In this document: positions 25,332 through 35,460 of the stretch, in pieces | How the letters are laid out: the number at the start of each line of letters is the position of its first letter | How positions within the stretch are numbered: the stretch's first letter is position 1 | From: Candidatus Saccharimonadota bacterium | GTDB lineage: Bacteria > Patescibacteriota > Saccharimonadia > Saccharimonadales > SZUA-47 | DNA length: 52,556 nucleotides | Direction of reading: 5' to 3' | Assembly: GCA_020428015.1 (NCBI GenBank) | Contig: JAGQNQ010000002.1 | Coordinates: forward strand, 1-52,556 | Program-made: the position numbers and the translations under genes | The notes under the pieces: model-generated | The model's database searches: none | What the model was told of the DNA's origin: nothing | What the model saw: only the letters and a program-made list of their open reading frames with translations

Positions 25332-26198
25332 ATGAAGAAAACATATGTTATTGCTGTTAGTGGTGGGGTCGACTCGATGGCGCTTTTACACAAGCTTTCA
25401 AGTGTGAAGCCTCAGAACATCGAGTATATTGTCGCGCATTTTGACCACGGTATACGCAGTGATTCACACGAAGACGCAGCATTCGTCGCAGCTGTTACAA
25501 AAAGTCTAAACTATTCATTTGAACTCGGTAAGGCGAGTCTCGGCGAAAAGGCAAGTGAAGAAGCTGCGCGCAATGCACGTTACGATTTTCTGTATACCAT
25601 GATGAAAAAACACAAAGCGGAAGGAATTATTACCGCCCACCACCAAGACGATGTGCTCGAAACAATGATAATAAACGTGCTGCGCGGCACGGGCCCAAAA
25701 GGGCTTATTGGTTTTACGAGAGCCCATATTATTCGGCCTTTTATGAATAAGACCAAACAAGACGTTCTGAGCTACGCGACGGAGCATGAACTGGAGTGGC
25801 GCGAAGATAGTACAAATACCGACGAATCATATTTACGCAATTATGTTCGGGCGCAGCTCGTGCCAAAGCTGGGTGGGGTACGGGAAAAATTGCTCATAAT
25901 TCGAGAGTCAGTTGGTGACTTATATTTAGAGATCGATGATTTAACCAAAAAGTTATTAGTTAGTAGTCTGCGAAAAGGCGAATTGGTTCGCTCTCGATTC
26001 GTAACATTACCCGTTACAATCCAGCATGAGCTCATTGCCGCTTGGCTACGTCTACACGGAGTTTCTTTTGATGCAAAAACAATTGCTCGACTTAGCCTCG
26101 CTATCAAAACGTTGGAGCCAGGGAAGCGCATTGATATTTCGAATGGAGCAAGTCTTGAAATAAAGAAAGAGACGATTCGGTTAAATATCGAGGGCTAA
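25332..26198 (+). CDS. tilS: tRNA(Ile)-lysidine synthetase
   Basis: PP-loop VIAVSGGVDSMALLH. The tilS-ftsH gene order is conserved. Confidence 0.85.
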   Translation: MKKTYVIAVSGGVDSMALLHKLSSVKPQNIEYIVAHFDHGIRSDSHEDAAFVAAVTKSLNYSFELGKASLGEKASEEAARNARYDFLYTMMKKHKAEGIITAHHQDDVLETMIINVLRGTGPKGLIGFTRAHIIRPFMNKTKQDVLSYATEHELEWREDSTNTDESYLRNYVRAQLVPKLGGVREKLLIIRESVGDLYLEIDDLTKKLLVSSLRKGELVRSRFVTLPVTIQHELIAAWLRLHGVSFDAKTIARLSLAIKTLEPGKRIDISNGASLEIKKETIRLNIEG

Positions 26199-26216
26199 CC
26201 TGTATAATCGAAGTAT

Positions 26217-28088
26217 ATGGATAAAAAGAAGCTTAAAAGACCAGTTCCTCAAAAACCAAATGGAAAGAAAAATAATGTTCGAACAATTCTGTTCGTGTTG
26301 TTTATTGCAGGCTTTTTGTTTCTCGGACTATCGAGTTACGGGAAAAGCGAAGATCTTCAGAGTGTCGCATTTTCTGATGTAATCCGACGTGCTAACAACG
26401 GTGAGATAAGCAAAATTGAAGTTGTCGGTGACGAATTAAAGATAACTAAAAGCGGCGAAGAAGAGCCGTCACAGACCTCGCGCAAAGAGAGCGGGTCTTC
26501 GATTTATGAGCAGGGCCTTGAGAATCGCGACGTTGAAGTCAAGATTACCCCAGAGAATACAAGTGGTGAGGTTTGGTCTAATGTTTTGTTTACATTAGCA
26601 CCTGTCATTCTTCTCGGTGGCCTCCTATTCTGGATGATGCGCAGTGCTCAAGGGCAAGGTAACCAGGCGATGAGCTTTGGCCGCAGCAAGGCGCGCCTGT
26701 ATGGTAATGAAAAAGACAAAGTAACATTCAAAGACATTGCGGGTAGCAATGAAGCAAAAGATGACCTGGAAGAAATTGTTGATTTCTTAAAGAGCCCGAA
26801 GAAGTATGAAGCTAACGGTGCTCGTATCCCGAAAGGAATGTTGCTTGTTGGTCCTCCGGGAACAGGTAAAACTATGCTTGCTCGTGCTGTTGCTGGTGAA
26901 GCCGATGTACCGTTTTTCAGCATATCTGGTTCTGAGTTCGTTGAAATGTTTGTCGGCGTTGGTGCCTCACGTGTACGCGACCTGTTTAGTAAGGCAAAGA
27001 AAAATGCGCCATGTATTATTTTCGTCGACGAAATTGATGCTGTTGGACGCAGACGTGGCTCTGGTATGGGTGGCGGGCACGATGAGCGTGAACAGACCCT
27101 CAATCAAATCTTGGTAGAAATGGACGGTTTCGAACAGGGTGTAAACGTCATTGTTCTGGCCGCGACAAATCGTGCGGATGTGCTGGATCCTGCGCTGCTT
27201 CGACCAGGACGATTTGACCGACGCGTGAACATCGGCTTGCCTGATCGTAAAGATCGAGAAGCAATTCTAAAAGTACATTACGAGAAAAAACCGCTTGAAA
27301 AGAATGTGAACCTTGACGCGCTTGCGGCTAAGACAGCTGGCAGTTCTGGTGCTGACCTGGCGAATATTGCCAACGAGTCAGCAATCATAGCAGCTAAGCA
27401 CAGCAGAAAGACAATTACGCAGGACGATGTCACGGCAGCATTTGAAAAAGTTGCAATTGGCCCTGAGCGTAAAAGTAAAATCATGAACGACAAAGAAAAA
27501 GAGCTGACTGCCTATCACGAGGCAGGCCACGCGATTGTTGGCCATGTGCTGCCGGATAGTGACGATGTGCACAAGGTGACAATTATTCCACGCGGAGGGA
27601 CCGGTGGTGTTACTTGGTTTATACCACCCGAAGACAAGAGCTACCACAGTATCGTGGAATACAAAGATATCCTGGCTCGTATGCTTGGTGGCCGAATAGC
27701 GGAAGAGGTAATATACGGATCAGATCGAGTTACAACTGGTGCAGGAAACGATCTGCAAAAAGCAGCTGAGCTGGCACGTGAAATGGTGACAAACCAAGGA
27801 ATGGGCAAAAAACTGCGAAATCAAGTATTCCATAGCGACGAAGGTATGATGATGGATCGTATGATGCACGAGCGTCAGTACTCTGATGAGACTGCAAAAG
27901 TCATTGATGACGAGGTAGAGGCGCTTATTTCTGAGGCTGCTGAACGAGCACGCACCGTCATTAAGGCAAACCTGAAGAAGCTCGAAGAACTAAAAGACGC
28001 ACTACTCGAAAAAGAAACGGTTGAAGACGTCGAAGTGAAGAAGATTTTTGAAGGCACCAGCATGCCAAAAGCCGCAGCGTTGTACTAA
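26217..28088 (+). CDS. ftsH: ATP-dependent zinc metalloprotease FtsH
   Basis: Two N-terminal TM helices, Walker A GPPGTGKT, Walker B IIFVDEID, an SRH region and the HEAGHA zinc site. Confidence 0.95.
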   Translation: MDKKKLKRPVPQKPNGKKNNVRTILFVLFIAGFLFLGLSSYGKSEDLQSVAFSDVIRRANNGEISKIEVVGDELKITKSGEEEPSQTSRKESGSSIYEQGLENRDVEVKITPENTSGEVWSNVLFTLAPVILLGGLLFWMMRSAQGQGNQAMSFGRSKARLYGNEKDKVTFKDIAGSNEAKDDLEEIVDFLKSPKKYEANGARIPKGMLLVGPPGTGKTMLARAVAGEADVPFFSISGSEFVEMFVGVGASRVRDLFSKAKKNAPCIIFVDEIDAVGRRRGSGMGGGHDEREQTLNQILVEMDGFEQGVNVIVLAATNRADVLDPALLRPGRFDRRVNIGLPDRKDREAILKVHYEKKPLEKNVNLDALAAKTAGSSGADLANIANESAIIAAKHSRKTITQDDVTAAFEKVAIGPERKSKIMNDKEKELTAYHEAGHAIVGHVLPDSDDVHKVTIIPRGGTGGVTWFIPPEDKSYHSIVEYKDILARMLGGRIAEEVIYGSDRVTTGAGNDLQKAAELAREMVTNQGMGKKLRNQVFHSDEGMMMDRMMHERQYSDETAKVIDDEVEALISEAAERARTVIKANLKKLEELKDALLEKETVEDVEVKKIFEGTSMPKAAALY

Positions 28089-28161
28089 GTTCGAATATAA
28101 TTAATTTCGCTCAAGTTTACGGTTCTATTCTCAGACTAAAACGACTATAATAAGGTGTTGA

Positions 28162-29748
28162 ATGAAACGAACTTTAACGAGCGCATCACGAAGAATCTCT
28201 CTCCCTGGAGCTGCTACTTTGTTGGTTGTTACCATGTTGCTATCTCAGGTGCTCGGGTTCCTCAGAACAAAGCTCGTAAACGCTAACTTTCCGTTGACTG
28301 GATCTGAGAGTACCGACGTGTACTTTGCGGCTTTTAAGATTCCTGATTTTTTCTTCTACATACTTGCAGCTGGCGCACTTGGTGTCGCCTTCATCCCCAT
28401 CCTAAGTGAACACATGCAGAAGCATGATCGTCGCGGCGTCTGGACACTTTCTACTAGTCTTATGAATTTTATGGCGCTCCTGATGTTCGGTGTCGGGATT
28501 ATTATCTTTGTTTTTGCTCATTCACTCATGCATGTTGTAGCGCCTAATTTGAGTCCTGAGCAGCTAGATACAGCCACGAAAATTCTACGACTTATTTCAT
28601 TTAACCCGTTGTTCTTCACGGTATCAGGTGTCCTAACAAGCACGCAGCAGGTTTTTGGTCGTTTTTTCTTCTTTGCGATTACACCGCTTGTCTATAATCT
28701 GAGCCTCATTGCGAGTATTTTTATGTTCAAGGATTCACTTGGTCTAGCGGGCTTGGGAGTAGGAGCGCTAGTAGGAGGCTTACTCCAGCTTGGCGTGGCA
28801 GCGCTTGGTGTTACAGGACTGAATTTTCATTGGAAACCAATCATCAACTTCAAAAGTGTTGATTTCAGACGTGTTTTGCGCCAGCTACCAGCACGATCTC
28901 TTGATCAAGGTGTTGACTCCTTTAACTCAATCGTTGAAACCAACCGTGCTCGGATTCTCGGTGATGGTGTGGTGAGCTCTTACGAGAACGCCTTTACTAT
29001 TCACACAGCCCCGATTCTGCTCATCGGATCATCTATTTCAACGGCAGCATTTCCTCGACTCACCGAACGACTTGCACAAGGCAGACCAGACTTGTTCAGG
29101 AAAGATTTCGTCGGAGTGTTGCGAGTACTTATGTGGCTTTCAATACCGGTCGCCATCATTGCCTACTTTTGTCGTGGGTACCTAGCTCGTATTATTTTCA
29201 CGAAAGGTTCACCAGATATAGCACTTATCCTCGGTTTCTTATCAATTGCTATATTTTTCCGATCGATTTATGCACTCTTGTCACGCTATTTTTATGCTCA
29301 CAAAGACACGACAACCCCGCTCATTATTTCCTTGTTTGCCATCGCCTTGAACATCATTCTAGTGTTCACGCTCGCACGGCCTGAAGCGTATGGTGTCGGT
29401 GGTTTGGCGCTAGCACAAAGCATCGTGTCAGCATCAGAAGTTCTTGTAATCGGTATCGTTATGTTGATGCGGGACCCGAAGATATTAGATAAAGATTTCT
29501 GGAACATGTGCACCAGACTTGTATCAGTTTCAGGCTTTACTGTCGTTGCAGCTTTTATCATGATCACGATTTTGCCGCTTAATCTGAGCGACACTGGCTT
29601 CTTCTTGCTCGGTAGTAAGCTCGGTGCCATATCTTTGGCAACATTTGCAGTGCACGTTGGCATGTCAATGGTATTCGGATTCGACGAAGCACGTGCAACC
29701 CTAGACAAGGCTAAGAATTTAATCCTTAAACCCGTAAAGATTCAGTAA
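28162..29748 (+). CDS. murJ: lipid II flippase MurJ/MviN
   Basis: 528 aa with about 14 TM helices. The N-terminus LLSQVLGFLRTKLVNANF is typical of MurJ. Confidence 0.85.
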   Translation: MKRTLTSASRRISLPGAATLLVVTMLLSQVLGFLRTKLVNANFPLTGSESTDVYFAAFKIPDFFFYILAAGALGVAFIPILSEHMQKHDRRGVWTLSTSLMNFMALLMFGVGIIIFVFAHSLMHVVAPNLSPEQLDTATKILRLISFNPLFFTVSGVLTSTQQVFGRFFFFAITPLVYNLSLIASIFMFKDSLGLAGLGVGALVGGLLQLGVAALGVTGLNFHWKPIINFKSVDFRRVLRQLPARSLDQGVDSFNSIVETNRARILGDGVVSSYENAFTIHTAPILLIGSSISTAAFPRLTERLAQGRPDLFRKDFVGVLRVLMWLSIPVAIIAYFCRGYLARIIFTKGSPDIALILGFLSIAIFFRSIYALLSRYFYAHKDTTTPLIISLFAIALNIILVFTLARPEAYGVGGLALAQSIVSASEVLVIGIVMLMRDPKILDKDFWNMCTRLVSVSGFTVVAAFIMITILPLNLSDTGFFLLGSKLGAISLATFAVHVGMSMVFGFDEARATLDKAKNLILKPVKIQ

Positions 29749-29792
29749 ACTACCTCTGTAATTCTTGCCTTGTTTTTGGTAGAATGGTATGA

Positions 29793-31571
29793 ATGAGTCA
29801 AGAAAAAATTAGGAACTTTTGCATCATTGCCCATATTGATCATGGCAAAAGTACTCTAGCAGATCGGTTGCTAGAAATTACAGGTACGGTGGAAAAAAGA
29901 GAAATGAAGGCCCAGCTACTGGATAAGATGGATTTAGAGCGTGAGCGGGGCATTACCATCAAACTTGCGCCGGTTCGAATGAATTTCAAAGGTGTGCAGT
30001 TGAATCTGATTGATACACCTGGTCACGTTGATTTTAGCTACGAAGTTTCACGTAGCCTGCAAGCTTGCGAAGGTGCAATCTTAGTTGTTGACGCATCGCA
30101 AGGTATCCAAGCTCAAACGCTTGCTAACGTGTATTTAGCGATGGAAGCAGATCTAAAGATTATTCCAGTTCTAAACAAGATAGATCTGCCGGCTGCCGAT
30201 GTACCGCGCGTGACGAAAGAAGTTGTGAGTTTGCTCGGATGTGAGCCGTCAGACATCATGGCAATAAGTGCTAAAACAGGTGCTGGAGTTGAGGAGCTGC
30301 TCGATAAAGTAATCGAATTAGTACCTCCTCCTGCGGGCGAGGCAGAAAAGCCATCTCGAGCTCTCATTTTTGATAGTTTTTATGATGAATACCGCGGCGT
30401 AATTCTCTACGTGCGCACCATAGACGGTCGTCTGCCGAAGGGTGCTGAAATCAAAATGTTGGCGACGGGTGCTGTAGGAGATGCGTTGGAAGTTGGTTCT
30501 TTGGCACCGGACATGAAAAAAGCCGATGCGCTAGAAACAGGTGAGATTGGCTATATTGTGACAAACTTTCATGACACGAGCGAAGCACGAGTCGGCGATA
30601 CCGTGTCGCTTGCAAAGCAACAGCCCCAGGCGCTCCCCGGCTACAAAGAGGTGAAACCGTTTGTGTATGCTGGATTTTTCCCAAGCAGCAATGAGTTTTA
30701 TCCGCAACTAAAGGATGCAATCGAAAAACTGAAGCTAAGCGATTCAGCACTTGAATATGTTCCTGAAAATTCACCAGTTCTTGGCCACGGATTTCGCATT
30801 GGGTTTTTAGGACTTCTTCACATGGATATAGTGCGCGAACGGATTGAGCGTGAATTCGACATAGATCTAATTGTTACAAATCCATCGACCGACTACAAAG
30901 TAACTCTATCGAATAAAACTGAAATTGATCTAACAAATGCAAGCCAACTACCGGAAACACAAGAAATTCTAGAAATCAAAGAGCCGTGGATAAACGGGGA
31001 GATTGTTGTGCCAAAAGAATATGTTGGCGCAGTAATCCAGCTCATAAGCAGCGCCCGAGGGTTTCAAAAAAATATTAGTTATGTTGACGACCAACTTGCG
31101 CTCGTCAACTTTGAAGCGCCACTAGCGAACCTTCTTACCGATTTTTATGACAAACTTAAGAGTCAGACATCAGGCTACGGTAGCTTTAATTACGAACTAG
31201 CAGACTACCGGGTTGAGGATTTGGTGCGAGTCGATTTCTATGTTGCAGGTGACATGGTCGAAGCCCTCAGTGTTATGTGTCATCGAACGGAAGCACAAAA
31301 TCTGGGCAGAACTACTGTGGAGAAACTCAAAGATATTATTCCAAGGCAAAACTTCAAGGTAGCCATTCAAGCAGGTATTGGCGGACGGTTCATTGCGCGT
31401 GAAGACTTGAGTGCGTTTCGAAAAGATGTAACTGTTGGCTTGTACGGAGGCGACGTGTCACGAAAGAAAAAAGTTCTTGCTAAACAAAAACGAGGTAAAG
31501 AACGCCTCAAGCGCTTCGGCAAAGTTGATCTACCCGCCGAGGCATTTACAGTCCTACTAAAACGTGATTAA
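29793..31571 (+). CDS. lepA: translation elongation factor 4 (LepA)
   Basis: IRNFCIIAHIDHGKSTLADRLL, DTPGHVDF and NKID motifs, plus the LepA-specific C-terminus. Confidence 0.95.
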   Translation: MSQEKIRNFCIIAHIDHGKSTLADRLLEITGTVEKREMKAQLLDKMDLERERGITIKLAPVRMNFKGVQLNLIDTPGHVDFSYEVSRSLQACEGAILVVDASQGIQAQTLANVYLAMEADLKIIPVLNKIDLPAADVPRVTKEVVSLLGCEPSDIMAISAKTGAGVEELLDKVIELVPPPAGEAEKPSRALIFDSFYDEYRGVILYVRTIDGRLPKGAEIKMLATGAVGDALEVGSLAPDMKKADALETGEIGYIVTNFHDTSEARVGDTVSLAKQQPQALPGYKEVKPFVYAGFFPSSNEFYPQLKDAIEKLKLSDSALEYVPENSPVLGHGFRIGFLGLLHMDIVRERIEREFDIDLIVTNPSTDYKVTLSNKTEIDLTNASQLPETQEILEIKEPWINGEIVVPKEYVGAVIQLISSARGFQKNISYVDDQLALVNFEAPLANLLTDFYDKLKSQTSGYGSFNYELADYRVEDLVRVDFYVAGDMVEALSVMCHRTEAQNLGRTTVEKLKDIIPRQNFKVAIQAGIGGRFIAREDLSAFRKDVTVGLYGGDVSRKKKVLAKQKRGKERLKRFGKVDLPAEAFTVLLKRD

Positions 31572-31579
31572 ATTCGCGC

Positions 31580-31825
31580 ATGGCTAAAAAACAGACGTTC
31601 ATTCAGCACGAAGAAGAACAAGTAAAGAAATTTCATAAAACGTATTCTCAGAAGTACCCGATGGTATTTGCACTCGGTGCAACTTTTGGGCTTGTCTCCG
31701 TACTTTATGGGTTCGAAAAGCTCATAGACAAAGTTGATTTGTTCTCGAACAATCCTTGGATTTTGCTGGCAACTGGACTTGCGGTATTGTCGGTCACTGG
31801 GTCTTTTTACAATAAACTTAGATAA
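31580..31825 (+). CDS. small membrane protein (2 TM helices)
   Basis: 81-aa ORF with two hydrophobic helices. An overlapping antisense ORF of equal size makes this call less certain. Confidence 0.4.
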   Translation: MAKKQTFIQHEEEQVKKFHKTYSQKYPMVFALGATFGLVSVLYGFEKLIDKVDLFSNNPWILLATGLAVLSVTGSFYNKLR

Positions 31826-31855
31826 ACGAGCCAAACTGTTACAATATCCGTAGAT

Positions 31856-32563
31856 ATGGATAAAAAAGATTTCATTGGTTGGGCTCGCAAGCTACAGGAA
31901 ACGTATCATGCGAGCGATGCAGTGAAGCAGCAACTTTCGCAGGTAGATTTGTTAGCGATAGTCGGGCCAACAGGCGTTGGTAAGACAACTCTTATCAACC
32001 AGCTTAAAATGCCAGCCGTGAAAAGCGATGTTACACGTGATATGCGTCCTGATGAGAAAAATAATCAGAACTATCGTTTTAGACACGATTATGAAAACAT
32101 ACTTCAAGAAATAAAAACAGGGCAGTTCGCCCAGTTCGTGGTAAGTGACTCAGGCGACTTCTATGGCACCCACATTGACGAATATCCGAAACAAGGTTGG
32201 TGTGCTATGGCAATTTTTGCAACGGCAATACCTTCTTTCCGCCAACTAGGATTTAGAAAAGTTTTACCTATCTATGTCATGCCTCCTGGCTATGTCGAGT
32301 GGATGCGTCGTGTTGGCGCACAAAGAGATACGGATATTAGCGATCGCATTGCAGAGGCCATAACTTCCATAAAGACAGCCGTTCAAGATCCTGAGTACAC
32401 ATTTATCCTCAACGATAATCTTGACTTCGCAGTTGCTGACATCGAAACAATTCTGGCAGGGGAGCAGCTAGATGAGCGTAGATCGCGACTGGCTCGCGAG
32501 ACATCAGACGTATTACTTGAACGGCTTGGTGACCAAGACGACAGCATCTATTTTGTCGAGTAG
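31856..32563 (+). CDS. P-loop kinase, divergent guanylate-kinase-like
   Basis: Walker A GPTGVGKTT. Its overall length and layout parallel the downstream paralog, but the GMP-binding TTR motif is degenerate (DVTRDMRPDE). Confidence 0.5.
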   Translation: MDKKDFIGWARKLQETYHASDAVKQQLSQVDLLAIVGPTGVGKTTLINQLKMPAVKSDVTRDMRPDEKNNQNYRFRHDYENILQEIKTGQFAQFVVSDSGDFYGTHIDEYPKQGWCAMAIFATAIPSFRQLGFRKVLPIYVMPPGYVEWMRRVGAQRDTDISDRIAEAITSIKTAVQDPEYTFILNDNLDFAVADIETILAGEQLDERRSRLARETSDVLLERLGDQDDSIYFVE

Positions 32564-32611
32564 CGACCAGTACCTCTTTGCGGAATTAGAGAGATAGTTT
32601 ATACTACGCAA

Positions 32612-33331
32612 ATGGAAGCAGACTTAAAACAAATACTAACGCAGTTGCATGGCGCGGTAGCGTCCTACAAAATGCCCGCCAATGCCAGACAGCTTATTGG
32701 CTCAGGCGAAGTTACCTTGCTTTGCGGTGTCACTGCAGCAGGGAAGAACACCATTGCTAACTACTTAGTTTCTCACGGTGACTACGCGCACGTTGTATCG
32801 CATACTACTCGCGTACCCCGCGAAAATCACGGAATAATGGAGCAAAGTGGCAATGAATACTGGTTTGTTAGCCCAAACGAAATGTTCGGATTAGTAAATA
32901 GCAAGGCATTTATCGAGGTAAAAGCAATACACGGTGAAACTGTGTATGGAACAAGTATCGAGGCAGTTAAATCTGTCATTGAAGCTGGCAAACATCCAGT
33001 AATGGAAATTGATGTGCAGGGTGCGTTAGAGCTAACAGAAGCTGTGCCGGGTTTGCGGCCACTATTTATTTTGCCCCCAAGCTATGATGTTTGGATGGAG
33101 CGTCTTGGTACGCGCGGGTTTATTAGCGACGGTGAAAAACAACGTCGTTTGCGTAGTGCTAGTATGGAGATTCAAACTGCGCTTGATCACCCTTCCTTCT
33201 TACTCATTGCGAATCATGAAGTTGAAATGACTGCTGCTGAAATTATGAAAGGTGTTGATCCTGGCTTTCAGTCTCAGGCTGAGCTTCGTAAACTGGCAGA
33301 AGAGCTCCTTGAAACAATAAAAAACATCTAA
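32612..33331 (+). CDS. guanylate-kinase-like protein
   Basis: Walker A GVTAAGKNT, then SHTTRVPRENHGIMEQSGNEYWFVS and VYGTSIEAV, as in the Gmk family. It has a ~35-aa N-terminal extension. Confidence 0.65.
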   Translation: MEADLKQILTQLHGAVASYKMPANARQLIGSGEVTLLCGVTAAGKNTIANYLVSHGDYAHVVSHTTRVPRENHGIMEQSGNEYWFVSPNEMFGLVNSKAFIEVKAIHGETVYGTSIEAVKSVIEAGKHPVMEIDVQGALELTEAVPGLRPLFILPPSYDVWMERLGTRGFISDGEKQRRLRSASMEIQTALDHPSFLLIANHEVEMTAAEIMKGVDPGFQSQAELRKLAEELLETIKNI

Positions 33332-33332
33332 G

Positions 33333-33359
33333 TTAGCACTCTTGATATATGACTGCTAG
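33333..33359. promoter_or_regulatory. CIRCE-like operator overlapping the hrcA promoter
   Basis: TTAGCACTC-ttgatatat-GACTGCTAG. The promoter is TTGATA (33342-33347), a 17-nt spacer, then TATAAT (33365-33370). Confidence 0.7.
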
Positions 33360-33376
33360 AAGGCTATAATTGTCGT

Positions 33377-34078
33377 ATGCTTTCTGAGAGACAAATTAAT
33401 ATCTTAGGCGCTGTTGTAGAACAATACGCAGAAGTTGCGAGTCCGGTAGGTTCACATTTGCTTGCTAAAATTTTCAATGTATCTAGCGCAACAATTCGTG
33501 CTGAAATGGCTCAGCTTGAGAAACTTGGGTATATAGAGCAACCACATACAAGTGCTGGTCGAATACCTACAGACAAGGGCTATAGATATTATGTAAACCG
33601 TATGAGCGAAAGCGGTCATCTCGAGACTCCGCAACGCGCAGAGCGGGCTTTGACGGCTCGTATCGGCGAGGGCAGTGTTCCAGAGCGAGCAATTCGTAAC
33701 ACAGTAGATACGCTGGTTGAGCTGACTCACAATTTAGGCATTGCGACCATCGGTAAGCAACTTTATATGAGTGGGTTGTCTAATCTTTTTGGCCAACCTG
33801 AGTTCATGCATCCTGGTCAAGTTCAGGAAGTTGCTCGGCTACTGGATAATCTTGAGCCTTGGCTTCGTGAAGTAGCTCCAAACGAGCCATTGAGCGTATA
33901 TATCGGTAGCGAAAACCCGATTGGACGTAGTAGTGGCTGTAGCCTGATTATCAGTAAATTTAGCAGTCCTTATTCAGATAAAAGCTATATTGGAGTACTT
34001 GGTCCGACTAGACAAAGTTATAAAGATGTAATGGCATTAGTCGAGAACGCTGGGCGAATGTTAGAGAGGTCATTTTGA
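33377..34078 (+). CDS. hrcA: heat-inducible transcription repressor HrcA (short form, 233 aa)
   Basis: N-terminal wHTH (LSERQINILGAVVEQY...SSATIRAEMAQLEKLGYIEQPHTSAGRIPT) and C-terminal IGVLGPTRQSY. It is about 100 aa shorter than typical HrcA proteins. Confidence 0.85.
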   Translation: MLSERQINILGAVVEQYAEVASPVGSHLLAKIFNVSSATIRAEMAQLEKLGYIEQPHTSAGRIPTDKGYRYYVNRMSESGHLETPQRAERALTARIGEGSVPERAIRNTVDTLVELTHNLGIATIGKQLYMSGLSNLFGQPEFMHPGQVQEVARLLDNLEPWLREVAPNEPLSVYIGSENPIGRSSGCSLIISKFSSPYSDKSYIGVLGPTRQSYKDVMALVENAGRMLERSF

Positions 34079-34320
34079 TGGAATCCCTTACATCAGACGG
34101 TAGAATTTGGGAATGCGATCCAGATGGGTATAACCAAATAATGGGTAGACTAGTTAAATCTTGGAGAGTCGATTGTGCACAGACAGACGAACACAGAACA
34201 TATGAAGTTGCTGCTGCAAAAAAAGAGTTGCTTGACGCTGGTTTTAAACAAAATGAAGTAGATTATGCAACAGATTTTGCCTATAGTATTTATGTTGCTT
34301 CAGTGGGGAGAGCATCGTGA
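34075..34320 (+). CDS. hypothetical 81-aa protein translationally coupled between hrcA and grpE
   Basis: Its start overlaps the hrcA stop (ATGA) and its stop overlaps the grpE start (GTGA). Confidence 0.45.
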   Translation: MMESLTSDGRIWECDPDGYNQIMGRLVKSWRVDCAQTDEHRTYEVAAAKKELLDAGFKQNEVDYATDFAYSIYVASVGRAS

Positions 34321-34799
34321 GCAATAAAGAGCCAAATTATAAGGAAGTAGCAGAACAACTTGCCAAAGAAAATGCTCAGTTGAACGAAGCACTACTTCGT
34401 GAGCGCGCTGACGCAATGAATGTTCGCAGACGCGCTGAAGAAGATAAGCTAAAGCTAGCAGGATTTTATAAAGCGATGGTAATTCGTGATTTATTACCAG
34501 TAATTGATAATTTTGAACGCTCGCTTAAACACGTACCAAAAGACTTACAGAAAAACGAATATATCAAAGGCATTCAAGGAGTTGTTAAGCAGTTTGAACA
34601 AACGCTTGAAAAGCTCGGTTTGAAGCGAATTAAAACTGTTGATGAGCATTTTGATCCAAATTTACATGAAGCCGTAAGCATGGAAGAGGGCGATGGGAAT
34701 TCGCCAGCTGGCGAAGAAACTGTTTCCGAAGAACTGCAAAGTGGCTGGATGCTAGGAGACGAAGTCCTTCGCCACGCTATGGTACGAGTGAGGAGTTAG
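34317..34799 (+). CDS. grpE: nucleotide exchange factor GrpE
   Basis: GTG start, then LRERADAMNVRRRAEED...LLPVIDNFERSL...FDPNLHEAV. Confidence 0.9.
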   Translation: MSNKEPNYKEVAEQLAKENAQLNEALLRERADAMNVRRRAEEDKLKLAGFYKAMVIRDLLPVIDNFERSLKHVPKDLQKNEYIKGIQGVVKQFEQTLEKLGLKRIKTVDEHFDPNLHEAVSMEEGDGNSPAGEETVSEELQSGWMLGDEVLRHAMVRVRS

Positions 34800-34803
34800 T
34801 AGA

Positions 34804-35202
34804 ATGTTTTCGGTGGAAACAAGGATCGCATTCATTTTATTTTGGGGTAAGATGTATTTTCTTAGTGTTCCTGCTTCAATCGATTATAGAGATCGACAAA
34901 TAAAATTAAAAACTGCTCAGATATTTGGCGTAAGTACTACTATGCTCAGTATCTTTCGGTTAGCATTTTTTGTGTTGCTTGCTCTACTTTTGTATCTATC
35001 TCTGTTGGTTGGGAACTGGATAAAATCAATTTACCCTTCTAATATTAAAATAATGTTTCTTACTGCACTTGTTATGGTAACCTTCCTCAGTTTTTTTGCT
35101 ATATTTTCGCCTGTTTATTTCAAGCGAATGCTCGCATATTTCGGACTAATAAGAAGTAGCATAAATTACCTGACCCTAAAAAGACTGTATGACATAAATT
35201 AG
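34804..35202 (+). CDS. hypothetical membrane protein
   Basis: 132-aa ORF with three or four TM helices, in an AT-rich stretch. Confidence 0.4.
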   Translation: MFSVETRIAFILFWGKMYFLSVPASIDYRDRQIKLKTAQIFGVSTTMLSIFRLAFFVLLALLLYLSLLVGNWIKSIYPSNIKIMFLTALVMVTFLSFFAIFSPVYFKRMLAYFGLIRSSINYLTLKRLYDIN

Positions 35203-35355
35203 CACTCCAGTGACTGCCAATCATTATATTTACATCCTGTGGCCTCCATATGCATACCGTCTGCAGGATATCTAGCCATCTCCCTTAGCTATAGTCAATG
35301 TCTATATATCCCACAGCTCGCATACCTATGTAGACCACAGAATATAAAATAATAA

Positions 35356-35382
35356 TTAGCACTCACAGCTCTTGACTGCTAA
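35356..35382. promoter_or_regulatory. CIRCE-like operator overlapping the dnaK promoter
   Basis: TTAGCACTC-acagctctt-GACTGCTAA. The promoter is TTGACT (35372-35377), a 17-nt spacer, then TATGAT (35395-35400). Confidence 0.7.
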
Positions 35383-35460
35383 TTTTTGGTCTGCTATGAT
35401 AATTGGCAGAGGCACGCATAGAGTGCTAATTTAGAAGCTAAACAAGGGGAAATACGTAAA

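Noticed and set aside
35199-35220. TTAGCACTC-cagt-GACTGCCAA, a CIRCE-like pair of half-sites downstream of the membrane ORF.
   Set aside because: The spacer is 4 nt instead of 9, and there is no adjacent promoter. It may be a decayed site or a hairpin, so I did not call it an operator.
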